Below are positions 45,084-59,794 of a stretch of 64,000 nucleotides of DNA, piece after piece (positions within the stretch are counted from its first letter, which is position 1; each line of letters starts with the position of its first letter). A model generated the notes under the pieces. It was not told where the DNA came from and made no database searches. It worked only from the letters and a program-made list of their open reading frames with translations. The position numbers and the translations under genes are program-made. Origin of the DNA: the human T2T-CHM13v2.0 reference genome, Homo sapiens; the NCBI RefSeq assembly GCF_009914755.1, contig NC_060940.1, one strand, 5' to 3'.

Positions 45084-46580
45084 CTAGTTTTAATGTAACA
45101 TATCTCATAATAATAAACATTATATTACAGAAATTCAACCAGAAATTAACCTTGTTAATCACTGAATTGCTTTGTGAACACTATGTAAAGCAATTTTTTA
45201 TGTATACGAAAGTAGACTGTGAATAAACCAAGACAGAAACTTAACAGTAAATGACTGGACAGTCATTTAAATTAGTAGTAGCTCAGAAAGTCCCTAACTA
45301 TGCTGTTAAAAAGTGGAGGCAAATAATTTATGGGAAGAAGTTCTTTTAAATAATTATTCAGAGACTCTTTTATGTATAGTTTAATGAACCTTAGGAATCT
45401 TTTCTTGGTCATTTGTTAGTGATGCATGGATGTAAAATTGGGAAATATTAAATCATAGACTGAAGGAAAAATACGTGTTGTATTCACACTTTGTTTTACT
45501 ATTTGTTGTACTCTAGAAGCACATAAGAAATTGTTTAAAACATTACTTTGTGTAAGAAGTATCACAAAGCTGGAATATGGAATATGATTTGGGAAATTGT
45601 TTGAAATATCTAAAGGTAATAAAAGGTGCTCAGCATTCAGAATCCCTAAAATAACCTCTACCTCACTTTAAACAGTCTGCCTCCCCTGAAGAGTAGAAAG
45701 AACAAAGGACTGATGTTTAGCCATTTTATAGTGGCAAACTGCATAAACCCATAAGTATATGTATTGTTCACATTTATTTTAAAAAATAATAGAAGAAATG
45801 AAAAATATGCCCAATTTAATCATCTGCTCTGGAAAAACACAATGACAAGTTCTTCTTCTGGTACTGATTTCAGATAGAATCCAAGTGCACATTCCTGCTC
45901 AGCGAAGAATATAATGCTTTCACACCACTTTTCTGTCCGTAAAAGCTGACAGTGGAATGAGCACGATCTTAATAATATCCTCCAAATGAAAATGAAAGTG
46001 AATGTCAAAAATAATGATGGGAGAGGGTTTCAAAGCTTGGAAGCCCAATTTTAGTGAGAGGAAAACAGCATTTCTAATAAATCCTTGTATTATTTATTTC
46101 AAAGTACCTCAGGCAGGATCTTTGTATAAAAATTGAGGCTGAAGATTTAAGGGTCGGTTTCAATAATTCTTAGAAATTAATTAATTAATATCTGTTTTCT
46201 ACTCTAATGTGGGAATAAATCATAAAAATTAAAACTTTGCGGAATCCTAGTTTTCATTCTGTATCAAATCTACTACCTTTCTGCCACCTCCATGCCTCCC
46301 AATACACCGGCATAAGCCTTTTACCAACAATCCACTTGCATCTTTCAAAAAATTATCCTTTGAAGCTATTGTTTAGATCATAGACTGCAGAGAAGAAATA
46401 CAAGCATTAGAAGATGAAGAGGGGCAGTATAAAAATAAAAAATTATAACATGAACACATTCAACTGCATAGTAATCAGAAGCATATAGGTCAACTAGTTG
46501 AGAAGCAAAAAACTAGAACGATACATTTCAATGGCATCATAAACTCACATTGTATTTTTCTATAAAATAATAGTAAAGAA

Positions 46581-46888
<308 letters not shown>

Positions 46889-48359
46889 CCTAGGCAGTTT
46901 GTGGTTCTATAAAGGAGTGGTGAAATGAAGAGCACCAAGCACTGAGTATGACGGATTTCTAGAATTCTTAAGTTCCACCCTTCAAAAGTTGTGCCATTGA
47001 TGATATGTGTACCATTTATTTACTGTATTTATTTTTAGCTTATAATTTCATGATTAGTACCTCTTATTTATTATTACACCTATATTAAAATATAGGAAAT
47101 AATATACCAACAGTTATCCAAATATTACCTAAAATAAGCTTGTACGATTCCTGGTAAATGTACCACTTATTGGAAAACACTGAGATAGATAAGCTTGTGA
47201 CTATTTTTCCCCATTTAGTCATTACAGAATTAAGACTTGTTATGTATAAAATCCTTCACTAGGCATTGGAAAATAAAGGCTAATTGGACATTGTCTTAGT
47301 TCTTGTGGCACTCAAGATCCAGTAGGAAAAAAAAAAAAAGAAACTTTATCAATTTAGGCTGGATCATTCCTATGATCCCTTCCAACACTGATTCTATGAT
47401 GTTCTGTCTCAAAGAAGCAAGTTGGAAGCCGGGCTTACAAAATATCTAGTCCTTTGACATCTCTGATATCTCTAGAAGGACTGAACTTTCATCTGATATT
47501 CAAGATCTTGAAAGAGCAATTTAAGGGAAAAAAAAGCTTCTTCCCAGAATGTATTATAAATCTATTAGATATATAGAAAGAAAAGGTCACTGAGTTAAGC
47601 GAGCCAGGAAGTTTATATTCAAGAACAATATGTGTAGTTATGAATGTAATGAAACCTTTTGCTTCAAGAATTAATTTCCCCAATGTATAGTTGGCTGAAT
47701 AATTGGCCCTGTGAATGCAGACAAGCTTTCTTATTTCTCAAAAGCAATATTGGCCAGTGCTCATTTGAACGCACATGACTTTTTGTGGGATGGCACATGC
47801 CATGCTCCTGTGAAGCAAATTGAGCTTGTGGTAGTTGTCTGCAAGTGGTAGAGACATGGGAAATAGTCTGTCACTCAGCATCAATTTAAAATTTAATACC
47901 AAATATTCTTGTTGTCAAAAACTCTTAGTACATGAGTCCTAACATGGACAGTGCTTCAATTCTGATGTCACTGCCAAATTACTCTAGTTTAAGACAAAGG
48001 AGATTCAGATATTTAAGCCCTGATGCCTACTGAGGCTTGAATTTAGAGATATGCTTTCTATATTCTGAAAAATTGCTTTTGAAATGTAGTTTCTCTAAAT
48101 TTATGTTTAAGATACAGGAAGCAATTTAGTATTTTGGTTCTATTAACCTCCTTTGAAACCACAAATTTGTTTTAATTTCAAGTGCTCTTACAGTGACAAA
48201 GTCAAATGAGTGCTTTCTTGAGGAAAGTGTTTAGCATAATAGTAGACGGTGTTGTCATTATCAGAAGGGAGAATTTTCTGTCTCATTTGTCAACTTCACA
48301 CTGTGAACCCCCAAAAGAGTTGTCTTCAAAATAATTGCCCTTGTTGCTTCTCTTTACAG

Positions 48360-48447
48360 AGTTCTCCCCACATTATTAATGGTATGGGAATTAGGAGAAG
48401 GTCATCTGACTCACATGGATCACCATATAATTCCTTCTGGAGAACAG
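48360..48447 (+). other. Candidate internal exon B (88 nt)
   Basis: Acceptor ttgttgcttctctttacag| and consensus donor cag|gtaagt; non-repeat sequence. Confidence 0.5.
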
Positions 48448-48591
48448 GTAAGTTCTTGGTCAAAGAATTCAGGGACACTTGTCTAGACTATTTTTTAGAA
48501 AGCAATAACTCTGAAGAGTAAGAGAGATATATTTGAAATTACTGTAGCCCTTTGTCTAAGAAAGCTATATAACAGGGTGAAAAATCAGTTA

Positions 48592-48692
48592 AGGAGAAGG
48601 AGACAGAGAAGAAGAAGACAAGGATTGAGGGGGAGGGGGAGGATGAGGAAGAGGAGAAGGAGGAGAAGAAATAGAAGGTGGAGGAGGAGAGC
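48592..48692. repeat. GA-rich polypurine low-complexity tract
   Basis: Seen directly; source of the Arg-rich ORF at 48577. Confidence 0.9.
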
Positions 48693-49743
48693 AACCCTAA
48701 AAATAAAAAAAAAAACTTATTCTTTCTATTTTGTTATATGTGGGAATTATTGTGGACATAAGAAACAAAGAATTGAAAAAAGCCTGAGTTGTAAAGGGGG
48801 AAAACAAATAACTTTGTAATGAAATAATTTGAGGTTTGAATTTTCTTAGCCATTGGAATTTAGCCAGGGTGGTTAACTTATCTGCTCTAAGATTTCTAAT
48901 TTGAAAAGATGAAAATAATATTTGGCATATTTTGGTTGATAAATTCTTAATAAAGTGTTTGGTATCTACTAAGTGCTTGAAAGGGATCTGTATAATCAAT
49001 AATACCATTATCTATGGCACATAGAGGTGACATAGTCATGCTTTAGGCATAAGCAGACATTCCTGCATGATGAAACTTACAGGAATGATGCTCCCAAAGA
49101 GAAAAGCGAAGGAGTTCATACTCTTGATGACCTCCTTACTCCTTACCATCCATTAAAACTCAGGATCAGGCAAAACCTCACAAGAATATGTGGTTTCTTG
49201 AATTTATAAAACCTAAATTTTTGATATCTGGGGAAACTATTTACCACCTGATTCAGGAGTTCCCAGAAGCAACATTAACCAGAGGATCACAGCTGCCTGG
49301 ATATTTTTTGCTCTTGGACAAGTAATCATAACTTGAAAAGATTAGTGGGTCTTGGCACTACATATTTAACCTTGACTCTTTTTGACTATAACATCACTTT
49401 TAGCCACTAATTAGTAAAAATTAGCTCCTACCATGGGTATCTTTTTTATTTTGGAATGGATATCTGTTAGTCTTTCCACTAGCATTTTTTTTCTTGGATA
49501 CTATTGGCCCTGCTTTTAGAAACAAATGAAATCTTTAAACTTGAAGTGAACCTTAAGCTAATCAATGTTAGAGGTTGTCAAGTTTTTTTAAAATAAATCA
49601 ATATCTCCAATAAAAGTCTCAAGCAGATGACTAATACATAAAACAGATGAAAGTAAACTTGCTTTGTTTGAAGTAGCATGAGTTTGGTGTTCTATTCACA
49701 TATCCTTTCTTCACTGCACAAAATCTGTTATTTTTGTTGGTCT

Positions 49744-50098
49744 TATGAGCTTCCCATTGCATAGAACATGGCTGTACAGAGAGTTGTGGCCCGAAGTTTT
49801 GGATTACATGAAGTTTGCCAGGTGAAGGTCATTAAGGGGAAGGTTTGAAGTGAGAATGTTATATAAACTGCATCATGTTTGCAAGCAGTTGCAGTTTGTC
49901 TGTCCAGTCCACTGCCACTGGACCATATGTAAGGTGGATATGTTTTCCAGCTGACCACCAATGGACTGTAGGAAAGTAGATATCGTGTCTAGCCCATCAC
50001 CACTGGACCAATTCTGTACATCAGGTGGTTCTCCTGTCCAGCCTGTCACCACTGGACTCTCCCCTGTATGTGAGCCCCTAATAAAATGCCAAGTCTCC
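49744..50098 (+). mobile_element. ERVL-class LTR fragment (MER54/MER74-like)
   Basis: TATA box (tatataaactgc), four copies of a tccagcc..caccactggac motif, AATAAA at the end; family name tentative. Confidence 0.6.
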
Positions 50099-50296
50099 AA
50101 AAAAATTTCATTTTTATTTTTTATAAAATCATTGTTTTCTTTAAAGAATTATTTACACCTCAGTTCATGTATCTCTATGGAGGTTATCAGGCATGTTTCC
50201 TCTTCTGTCTCATCATCATGACAACCTAGACTGACCTGTCATATTACACTGTCCCTCTTGCCTGTTGGAATGACAGCAAGACATGTCTTATCTTTA

Positions 50297-50542
<246 letters not shown>

Positions 50543-51210
50543 TTAAAATTAATAAAACCAAACAAAAAACAAAGTTTTAAGTTGTTAGGCTTAGAGTAGC
50601 TTAACATAGCATGATGCTTCCTGATAATAAAGTGAGCACACAGAGAGTAATACAGTCAAGAATCCCAGTGGCATGATTTTACTACTAGATCCAGATGGCC
50701 CAAGCCGAGATCCCACTCCCCCATATGTTTGAATACTGGTGTATTATTAGTTACTTAATAGTTTTTAGATTTATTTTACTTATTGATGCATCCTTCAGTG
50801 GTTCCTGGAAGAGACCTGAGACCCTCTCCTTCACCTCATTTTCTTCATCATTCTCTGGCTTAGACATGGATCTCATTTCATTCTAAAGTAACAGTTTTCT
50901 ATAATGACATGCATTCCATAAGAACTAGCAAGATTTTCTTTGAAAGTCCATATATAGTAATTTCCAGAAAGAGAAGCTATTTATCTTTCTAAAATATTTG
51001 TCGTTCAGGAACTAGAAATGTACACAATTAACTGGCCATGACGGAGATTAATGTATCTTACAAATATAGGGGAATATCATTACCAGTCGTTTCTTCAGAT
51101 TACACAACATGAATCATTTCAAAATTCACCTTGAGTATAATTTCTTAGCAAATGCTGAGAAACCAAATGTGGTATTTTCAAATTAACCTGGATATCAGAA
51201 TGGAACAACA

Positions 51211-51213
<3 letters not shown>

Positions 51214-51244
<31 letters not shown>
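51214..51244. repeat. (CA)n microsatellite
   Basis: Seen directly; similar tracts at about 29930, 53832 and 56390. Confidence 0.95.
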
Positions 51245-51246
<2 letters not shown>

Positions 51247-51564
51247 CTCACAAAATACATTCCTCCTTGTTACTCTGTATTTTGTGAAGATATCATATGT
51301 TTTACTTCTTCTTTAAACAATGGAAACAAACGAAGCGTACTAAGAAAGGGATCTATGTATTCCTACATCTTTAAGACTTCAAAATAATTATTAGATAGCC
51401 ATTCAGATCAAACTTGAGGAAATCGTGAGGTTATTAGAAAGGTCATTGTCATTTCTTTGTTCATTAATTATTGCTTTAAGTGTCTGTGAACTACTTAACA
51501 TTTAGTAGTACAGGGTAATTTGGTATTTTCTTGATTCTTTGGATTCTAAGTGTCAAAGGCCTCT

Positions 51565-52380
51565 TAACTCATTTGTTGTTCAACATATGTTGATCTTGCG
51601 CGTACTATGTGCCAGGTTCTCCGTTGGGTATTAAATGATACAACAGCAATCACAAAGTCAGATAGGTTCCTGCCCTCAAGAAACTAACTACAGTATTCCA
51701 AATTCAATATAAACCTTTTGCATTTAATTATTGAAACTAGTCATGTTCTTTAAAGGCTCAAAATGTGGAGACAAGTGCAATAATAAAAAATGTTAATGCT
51801 ATATGATTCATTCATATTAGTTTTAAAAAATATTTTCTATGTGCCAGGCACCGTATTAGATGTTGAGGATACAGTGACTAGCAAAAAAAAATCCTGCTCT
51901 TATGGTCTAGTGGGAAAAATTAAATAGTTGAATAATTTCAATATTAGACAGTAGATCCAGAGCTACCTCTGCAACGTCATATATAGGATATTCTGTCAGC
52001 ATACCTGAGGTGTGCGATTCAGAGAAGCAGCAGCAGCACATGTGTTGAAGAATGACTCAAAGGCAGCCAGGCAAAGAGTGGTCCAAAGGGGAAAAATGAT
52101 CAAGGGATAGGGGATGAGGCCCCATATTGTAGAAGATAGCATAGAATACAAGAGATAGAGAAGAGTGAAATAAGGATATAGGGATGAGCTATAGCCTAAT
52201 CATGAAGGTCTCTGTAAGCTTTCCTAAGATATTTGGAATTGATGAAAAAGGTAAAAGCCAATACTAAAGAGTTTTAAGCCAGGGAATTGTGATTAATTTT
52301 TCACCTTAGATACTGGCTGCTGTATGGAAATGGTTTGATGCAGAAACTATTCATATGTTGCATAAAATGCACAGATAGAG
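51565..52380 (-). mobile_element. L2 3' relics (two ends)
   Basis: tactatgtgccagg and ctatgtgccaggcaccgtattagatgttgaggatacagtga are reverse L2 termini. Confidence 0.65.
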
Positions 52381-52669
52381 AGATAGGCTTTGGAATTATG
52401 AGCAGAGTCTTAGAGTAGTAGTTTTAATGCATGCACCCAGACATTCTCCAGTTGTGTACCCTTTATATTATAACATTCTCTAGGTTATTCCTAGGGTATG
52501 CCTAGTAGATCAAAAAAGTAGTGGTGTAAAGCATGGTAAATCAAAGAAATCCATTTCTTGTTCAAATTCAAATGCTTAGCAAACTCTACCCTACCACTAG
52601 CAATTGCTTTAGTGGAGAGTTAAGATGCCTAATGTAATTAAAGCCATAAAAATAAATGTTTCAGCAAAT

Positions 52670-52900
52670 AAATATTTAAATGCCAGCAAGTGCAAAATGA
52701 TTAATACTATATAACTCTTAATATTGTTAAGGTGCTATGAGGATGATCTCATTTGATCCTCTCCACAACCCTATGAGATATAGACAATTATTTTTTAAAT
52801 CACCTATTGAATAAACTGAAATTCAGAAAGATTAAGTAAGTTGGCCAGTAGTACAGCTAGTGGGCAGAAAGGCCAGGATTCAAAACCAGATTGGTTTTAT
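52670..52900 (-). mobile_element. MIR relic
   Basis: atctcatttgatcctctccacaaccctatgag...aaactgaaattcagaaagattaagtaag. Confidence 0.75.
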
Positions 52901-53064
52901 TTCTCCTTTAAAAAAGCAGAAATGAGCTTATTTTATGAAAACTATGGGACAGAAACTCCTGAAATGCCAGAGTCAGTTCCTAGACTTTTGCCTTAAGTTT
53001 TTGACCCTTGATCTCTTAAATAGGAAAAGATATTGGGATGACTTTTTTCCATCTCTCTGTACAG

Positions 53065-53152
53065 AAAAAATGCAGAAGAGGAAAACCTCCATATGTGAAG
53101 CTATGGCAAGGGAGTCTCCCCACCCCGCGCTCCAACAGAGTCTGGAGATAAA
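53065..53152 (+). other. Candidate internal exon C (88 nt)
   Basis: Acceptor ttttttccatctctctgtacag|, donor aa|gtaagt; purine-rich ESE-like gaagaggaaa. Confidence 0.4.
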
Positions 53153-55114
53153 GTAAGTTTGAGAAGCTAGAAAGTGTTTTTTCCCATTATCTCCCAAACA
53201 CTGTCATTTGGCTGCATGCAGATTTCACTCTGGCTTTGGCAAATGTGTCCCTTTATGTAACAATAAACAATTATATTGAAAAGCAAGATTGGAGAAAAAC
53301 ATATATAGTATCATTATTAAAACTTTGTGATGATCTTATCAACAAAATTGAAGTTAAACCCTTGATTTATTGTATGTTTTATTATGTCTTCACCCCAGGG
53401 AAGGTAATTTGACTTTCTTGATGTTGCCTTCTTTTTCTCTCCTTTCAAAGCTATGATTAAGAACTAATTTATTTAGATCTGTCTGTGATTAGTTGCATGA
53501 TTCTGCTCCTTGTTGAAATTAATTTTCAGACACTTTAATTGATAGTACCTGTACTATATTTAATGCATTTTGAGGTGCTAGAATAAAAATGTTGCTTGTT
53601 GAAATATTCACATATTCACTCTGCTAGCTAGAACACTGATGTATTCTATATCATCTTTTTTTCTTGATTTTATGGAGGAAGAAGATTTAAGTCAATTGTT
53701 TGGTTTATTTTCATTTATATTAGGGAAAAATAAGAAAAATTATTTTACAAAATAATACAGTTGTTCTTAAGGACCATAAATGGGCTTTGTGAAGCTTTTG
53801 AAATTATGTAAGCACATGTGGGCGTGCACATGCACACACACACACACACACACTGATTACTGGGAATGTATCATATAGGTACTTTACTTCAAAAATTTTC
53901 AGTGCCTAATCTACTTTTGTATGCTACATGTTTATTAAATCATCTATTTGCTTTAAAAAATACACACTAAGATAATCAATGTCTAAATCACAATTCCTAG
54001 GATTTGTGTTTTGAGGCTTATCTAGGATTCAGATCCAAGGTATAATCAGGCTTACACTATGCAACAGGGATTTTGCTAGATATATTAACTAGTTGTCTTT
54101 TAACCCTCATGAAACCTTTGTGAGGTTGCATTGCCATGACTATTTTCAAGATGAAAAGATTGAAAAGTTAAATTGACACATAGGGGCTGGTTATTAATTA
54201 CAGGTTTAGCCATGCTCAAACATTTCAGAAGCTTATATATTTTTATAAATATAATAAGGTCTTTTCTGTTATATTCCTGAATTTTGTTATATTATTTTTT
54301 CAGTTAATATCTTCTTGACTTTTTAATTTATTTGTTTTCCATGAGAGATTTCTGTTACAAGCAAAATACATATAGATTCAAATCTATTGTTCTGTTTTAT
54401 TCTTGAATGTTGTATTGTTAGAAATTATCAGACTTTCTTTGAATTTCCTGGTCTTCTATTTTGTTCCTCTGAGGAAATATGATGTTACTAACTCATCACT
54501 CACTGAACTGTATTAAATACCACATTACATACTTTTGACATTCATCATAATAATCAAGCAACTTGTACTGCCTAGTATTTTATTGAACGATCTTTCATAT
54601 TGTAATGTTACAGTCAAATATTGTGTATTTTAAAGTATTTTAAAATCATTCCACTTTGTGACTGAAAGTATCCTGACAGAAATGCATAGGGAAAAGAGCA
54701 ATGCAATTTAAATGTCACATTTATCCCTTGCAGTAAATTCTACATTCAGGCAGTTGTAGTCTCAGGGAGGTTTTTCTCTGTCAGGTATCAGCTCTCTGTT
54801 AGTTCATACCATAACTTTCACGAAGACTTTCAGAGGCATAGGAAACATATGACTTTAGAATGTGGGCAGTAACAGGCAGATTTTAAAAAACAGCTATTAT
54901 TATTATTTACTTAATGTGTTAGAGAGCAACCTCTGTACATTTTTCTTCAGAAGTTGATATTTTTCATCTAGATACTTGCTCCATACCCTAGTGAAAGGAT
55001 GGGAGCTTTCCTAGATTAGTTCACCTCGTGTATCTTTTTCTTAGAAAAATTAGAAATGCTTAAAAAATAAAGCAATGTCTAGCCTAAAACTGTTCAATAA
55101 TGTCTAGTTTTATT

Positions 55115-55480
55115 TTCCTTCCAGACCTCTCCTCGACAGGAAGCTTACATTTCCCTGCCACCTTGAAGTTAGGCATAGTCACCTGAACTTCTTTGCCCAA
55201 TGAAATGTGAATGTAATAAGATGATGTATATGACTGCTAGGTGAATGCATTTAATCACTGGTGTTGTCCCTCCTCTCTATTTCTGGGTTTCTTGTTAATG
55301 GAAGCATTACAAGTTGATTTGGAAGTGCAATGCTGAGCCATCACTTAGAGGACAGTTGCTCTAGAGAATCTTCCCACTTACCACCAATTCACTGTGAGCA
55401 GGAAACAAAGCTTTGTTGTGTTATGTCTTTAAAATTTGGGGTTGGCTGTTAGCTTATCACAATGTAGCCTGTCCTTTGTT
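55115..55480 (+). mobile_element. Old ERVL-class LTR (LTR16/LTR33-like)
   Basis: tacatttccctgccaccttgaagttagg...ccaatgaaatgtga...gtgagcaggaaacaaagctttgttgtgtta. Confidence 0.6.
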
Positions 55481-57454
55481 TTAGGATTGACAATACAATC
55501 CCAAGATGATGCTTTGCCATTAGACATATCATAAGGGCATCAATATAGCCTAAATTTTAGTTCAAAAAAACACTCTCTTTTTACAGATTGTTAATTAATA
55601 TATAAACATCCTCCTTCTTTTTCCTCAACATTTCATCTACACTTTTCCCAGCACTGTTAGTATTTTCCCTGCTATGTGTGAAGACTTTAGAATATGTAGA
55701 ATAGCAGAATATGTATATTGAATAAGATACAATAAAATACTGTTTCAAAGTTTAAAATGAGAAAGCATCTGTCCAATTCACATGGCCCATCCAACTAAGT
55801 AAAATAATACCAAAGTCACTCAATAAATAAACTGTTAATGGAAACCTTGAATTCATAACTATCTGATCCTAAACTTCACATTATTTGCACTAAAATCGTA
55901 ACCTTTTCCTAGCTAATGAAACCTAGCTTCTAAAGTTGCCATGAGGCTTAAATGGGATATCATGTTCAAAGCAACCAGTCCAGATTCTGGCATCAAGAAA
56001 TTCTCAATAAATGTTAATTTATCTTCAGAAAAACTCAAGATGCCCCTTAAATTTTAATCAGGTACCCTTACATATTAAAATTTTCAAACAGCAATCATTA
56101 CGGTCCTCAGTGATTAGTGTCTTTTCCACAATAGATCATTGTGCTCTTTCCAGACCTTTAAAATTAAATTAAAACTTAATCCCGCGTCCTTTTGTTTCAG
56201 CTTGCTGAAATCTGAACCTGTGCCTGAATCTGGATTACAAAACAACTAAAATATATAGTGGACTTTATTTACGTGAGACTGTTTTCTAGTTGAGATCACT
56301 CCTTTTGGCATTATATTGATAAATTGTGGAGTAATCTGTTCCCAAATTCCAACTCCATCAGCAAAATCACTTTAAGTAGCCTTGATAAAACACACACACA
56401 CACACACACACAGATATATAGAGAGTCTGAATTTTCCAACTATATTTAAATGTACACACATCTTTCTTTTATTGATCTGTACTTTTGATATTGATTTAAT
56501 CTTTAGGATATATTTCATTGTCTCCTAAACATGGCATTTTATTTATTTTTGTTACTTCTCCAGGCAAAAACGCCAGTTTCATGGTTTATATTAGAGATTT
56601 GTTAATGAAATATATATTTCAGGTGAATGTTAAGCAAAAAGTTGTGGTGGATTTGACGTCCATTAGGCAACCCAGGCAAGGTTGACATTTTGTTGTTTTT
56701 CTTTTGTAATATTGATGCAGTTTTTCCCCTGTTAAGCTATTTACCACACCAAAAGCATATGAATACAGCATATTTAAAAAGCATATTTACTGTTTTACTT
56801 TTTTAATACTTACTCAATATTTATCACTGAGTTTCTACTTGTAGATTAGGAAATGCATTTACAAACACTTAGAATATTGAAATTTAAAGTGTTTTTAAAC
56901 AAAATTTTCTTATGCCCTTTCAGTTTGCACAGATGAAACCTAAGATGCAGAAAGAGACTACATGAAAACAATGTGTTTGCTTATAGCTTACAACTTGTCG
57001 TAGCCATATCCCTACTTAGGAAGTGGAATGCAGACAGGTAGTTTCAGCCTCTGAGAAGAAATAAGACTTACCCTTTCCTGAACACTTCACATGAATTCTG
57101 GACTCTAGCATGACTGAATCTTTCCTCTTACACTTACTAGCTGTATAAGGAATCTTAAATATTTCTGGAACGAGATAAAACATAAATAGGCAAACCGTCA
57201 CAGAAAACAACTACAAACAAACACACTAAACTAAACTAAATTTGTTATATTGCCTTTAAAAAATTCACTTAAGCTATCTCATTCTTAGTGTCTCATCTTT
57301 CCCATTGGGTTGTTGAGAAATCAAATGTGAATGCATTATAAAGGGTAAAGTACTTTTCCAATGTAAGCCAGACTTGGCATCCAGATGGACACAAGGGAAT
57401 TTAAATATGCAAAGTGAAACTTTGGAATATTGAATTGCAGGGCATAAGGATAAA

Positions 57455-57755
57455 CTTCTACTCTAAGAATGTGAACTCTGCTGCTAAATTGCCTGGAATT
57501 TAATCTCAGCTGCTTGATGTACTAGCCGTAAACTGACCTTGGACATGCTACTTAATCTCCCTTTGTCAAGGATTTTTCACCCTTGAAAAAGATGGGATAA
57601 TAATACTTCTGAATTCATAAATTTATCATAAAAAGTAAATAACTTATTACATAAAAAATAACCAGGAGAGCCAGGCAGCTTTGCATGTAGTATGCAAGGT
57701 ATAACAAACATAAACTAACACACTTTTTATTGTTGTTTCAGTATTATTATTTTCA
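57455..57755 (+). mobile_element. MIR relic
   Basis: actagc...tgaccttggacatgctacttaatctc core. Confidence 0.7.
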
Positions 57756-59472
57756 GACCGCTAGGAACCTCAAGCCACTTTAAGTTCCACATGGCTTCTG
57801 ACTAAAAGTTATATAAGAAAATCTTTTTTGCATGTAGTTGATGATGTGGGCTTGATTTATTGTTCCTTTAGCCACTGCCCATCTTGTATGATGGTAGTAT
57901 CTCCACATTTTAACTGACCTTCATCGTCATGTCCATAATTCGCACTCCGTATCTTAGGCCCTGGCTAGGCTCTGCTCACAGCTTTCATCAGTTTAACTTC
58001 ATATATTTTAGACTTTTGGTAATCAGGCCATGTAGCCGCTTTTTAATTTAATCTCTAGGAATTTCTCACATTCTGAACAGCTTGGAGCAGGGTATTCTCT
58101 GTGACAAGAAGAAGACAGCATTTCAAATGTGAAGAATGTTATTTTCTTTCCTTGCTCTCACACTGTGGGCAGCAACCTCATCTCTCCCTGCCCCCAGCCC
58201 ATATAGTTATTACAGAATTTGAATGCAATTTTCAAATCAAGATTTAACTAATCTCAATTCCATGCAGTGAAACTCACATCATGATATATCATTGAGCAGA
58301 AATCCATTTAATTTGTATTAATCTAATACTATATTTTGAAAGATCACTTTGTTTGACTATTAACAGTGCTGGTAAACTAATAATTATGCACAGGATTGAT
58401 TAATTACGTTTGGCTGTTAACAATTTGATTTTACCATTTTAGCTTGACATTTATCGAAGGTTTGTCTGCTGTTGGGCTGATGATTTGAATGATACATGTT
58501 AATTTGCATCCATCATTCCCTTTCATTACGCATATTAACTGTATTTGTAAGCATTGGGTAGTCTATAGTCGGCATTCAAGAGGTACTTCGGAAGCCAATC
58601 TCTACCCAAATCTTTGCTTTATTGCTATAGATTATTAAGCAGTTCCAACTTACAGACACAAAGAATGACTTGGGATTCAAATTAAAACGAGTTTAAATAG
58701 GCTGCAAAAGCTTTCCTCAGCAGAGTGACTTCTGCATTAAAAAGCCAAATGAATGCATATCACCATTCAGGCAGAGGAACCACCATTTTCTACACTCTAA
58801 GCTGTAATGTCTACTCTTAAAAAATATAATAGAATTTACATAAAATATTAAGTGAATTGCATATTATATCACTGCACATCGTACCTGTTTGATACATAAA
58901 AGTAAAAACTTGTTTAGTTTATCTTTTGTTAGTGCATTATCCATCAGATCATGCTCAATTGTGCTTAAAAGACAAAACAAATATTATCTAAGCCTTAAAA
59001 TAGTCATGTATTCATTCATTCATTCAATAAATCAATTATTTGTCTTTTTAAGCATTCATTCAACTACTTGCTGGACTCTGCTAGCCCCTGGTCGGCATTT
59101 ATTAATTATCTCTTTTCCATCCATTTCCCTTTTCTTCCTTCCCAAAAATACTCTATATTTTCCAGTCAAGCAATTTTGTACATTTTCATTTCTAGACGTG
59201 GATCCTGATTAACTTAAGCTAATCAAAATTACCATCACTCTGTCCGCAATGATAGGCTCAGACTGAACTTGAAGGCCAAAATTCTCAGTAACGATATAAG
59301 AGCTATGGGTATCTCTATATCAAATGCCATAGTGCGTTCTTTCACAATCCTGGAATTTCCTAGAAACAAACAAGGGGGAGAGAGAGAGAGAGAGAAACAA
59401 AAATACAGCAAACAAAACCGACTACCATATTAACAATTGTTATTAATAAAGGTTAATGTTTATCATTTACTT

Positions 59473-59760
59473 TTGTTGGTGTTTGTTTTTGAGATGGAGT
59501 CTTGCTCTGAAGCCCGGGCTGGAGTGCAGTGCTGACGGCAACCTCTGCCTCCTGTGTTCAAGCGATTCTCCTGCCTCAGCCTCCCGGGTGGCTGGGATTA
59601 CATGCCCGTGCCACCATGCCAGGCTAATTTTTGTATTTTTAGTGGAGACGGGGTTTTGCCATGTTGGCCAGGCTGGTCTGGAACTCCTGACCTCAGGAGA
59701 TGCACCCGCCTTGGCCTCCCAAAGTGCTGGGATTACATGAGTGAGCCACTGTGCCTGGCC
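59473..59760 (-). mobile_element. Alu (AluSx/Sz-like)
   Basis: Reverse Alu; TSD tcatttacttt. Confidence 0.93.
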
Positions 59761-59794
59761 ATTTTCATTTACTTTGTATTAAATATCGACTGAA

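Noticed and set aside
48577-48819. Protamine-like Arg-rich ORF
   Set aside because: It arises from a GA-rich low-complexity tract and starts at GTG; no gene context.
49890-50062. Repeat-spacer pattern superficially like a CRISPR array
   Set aside because: Degenerate repeats inside a mammalian LTR, in eukaryotic context, with no cas genes.
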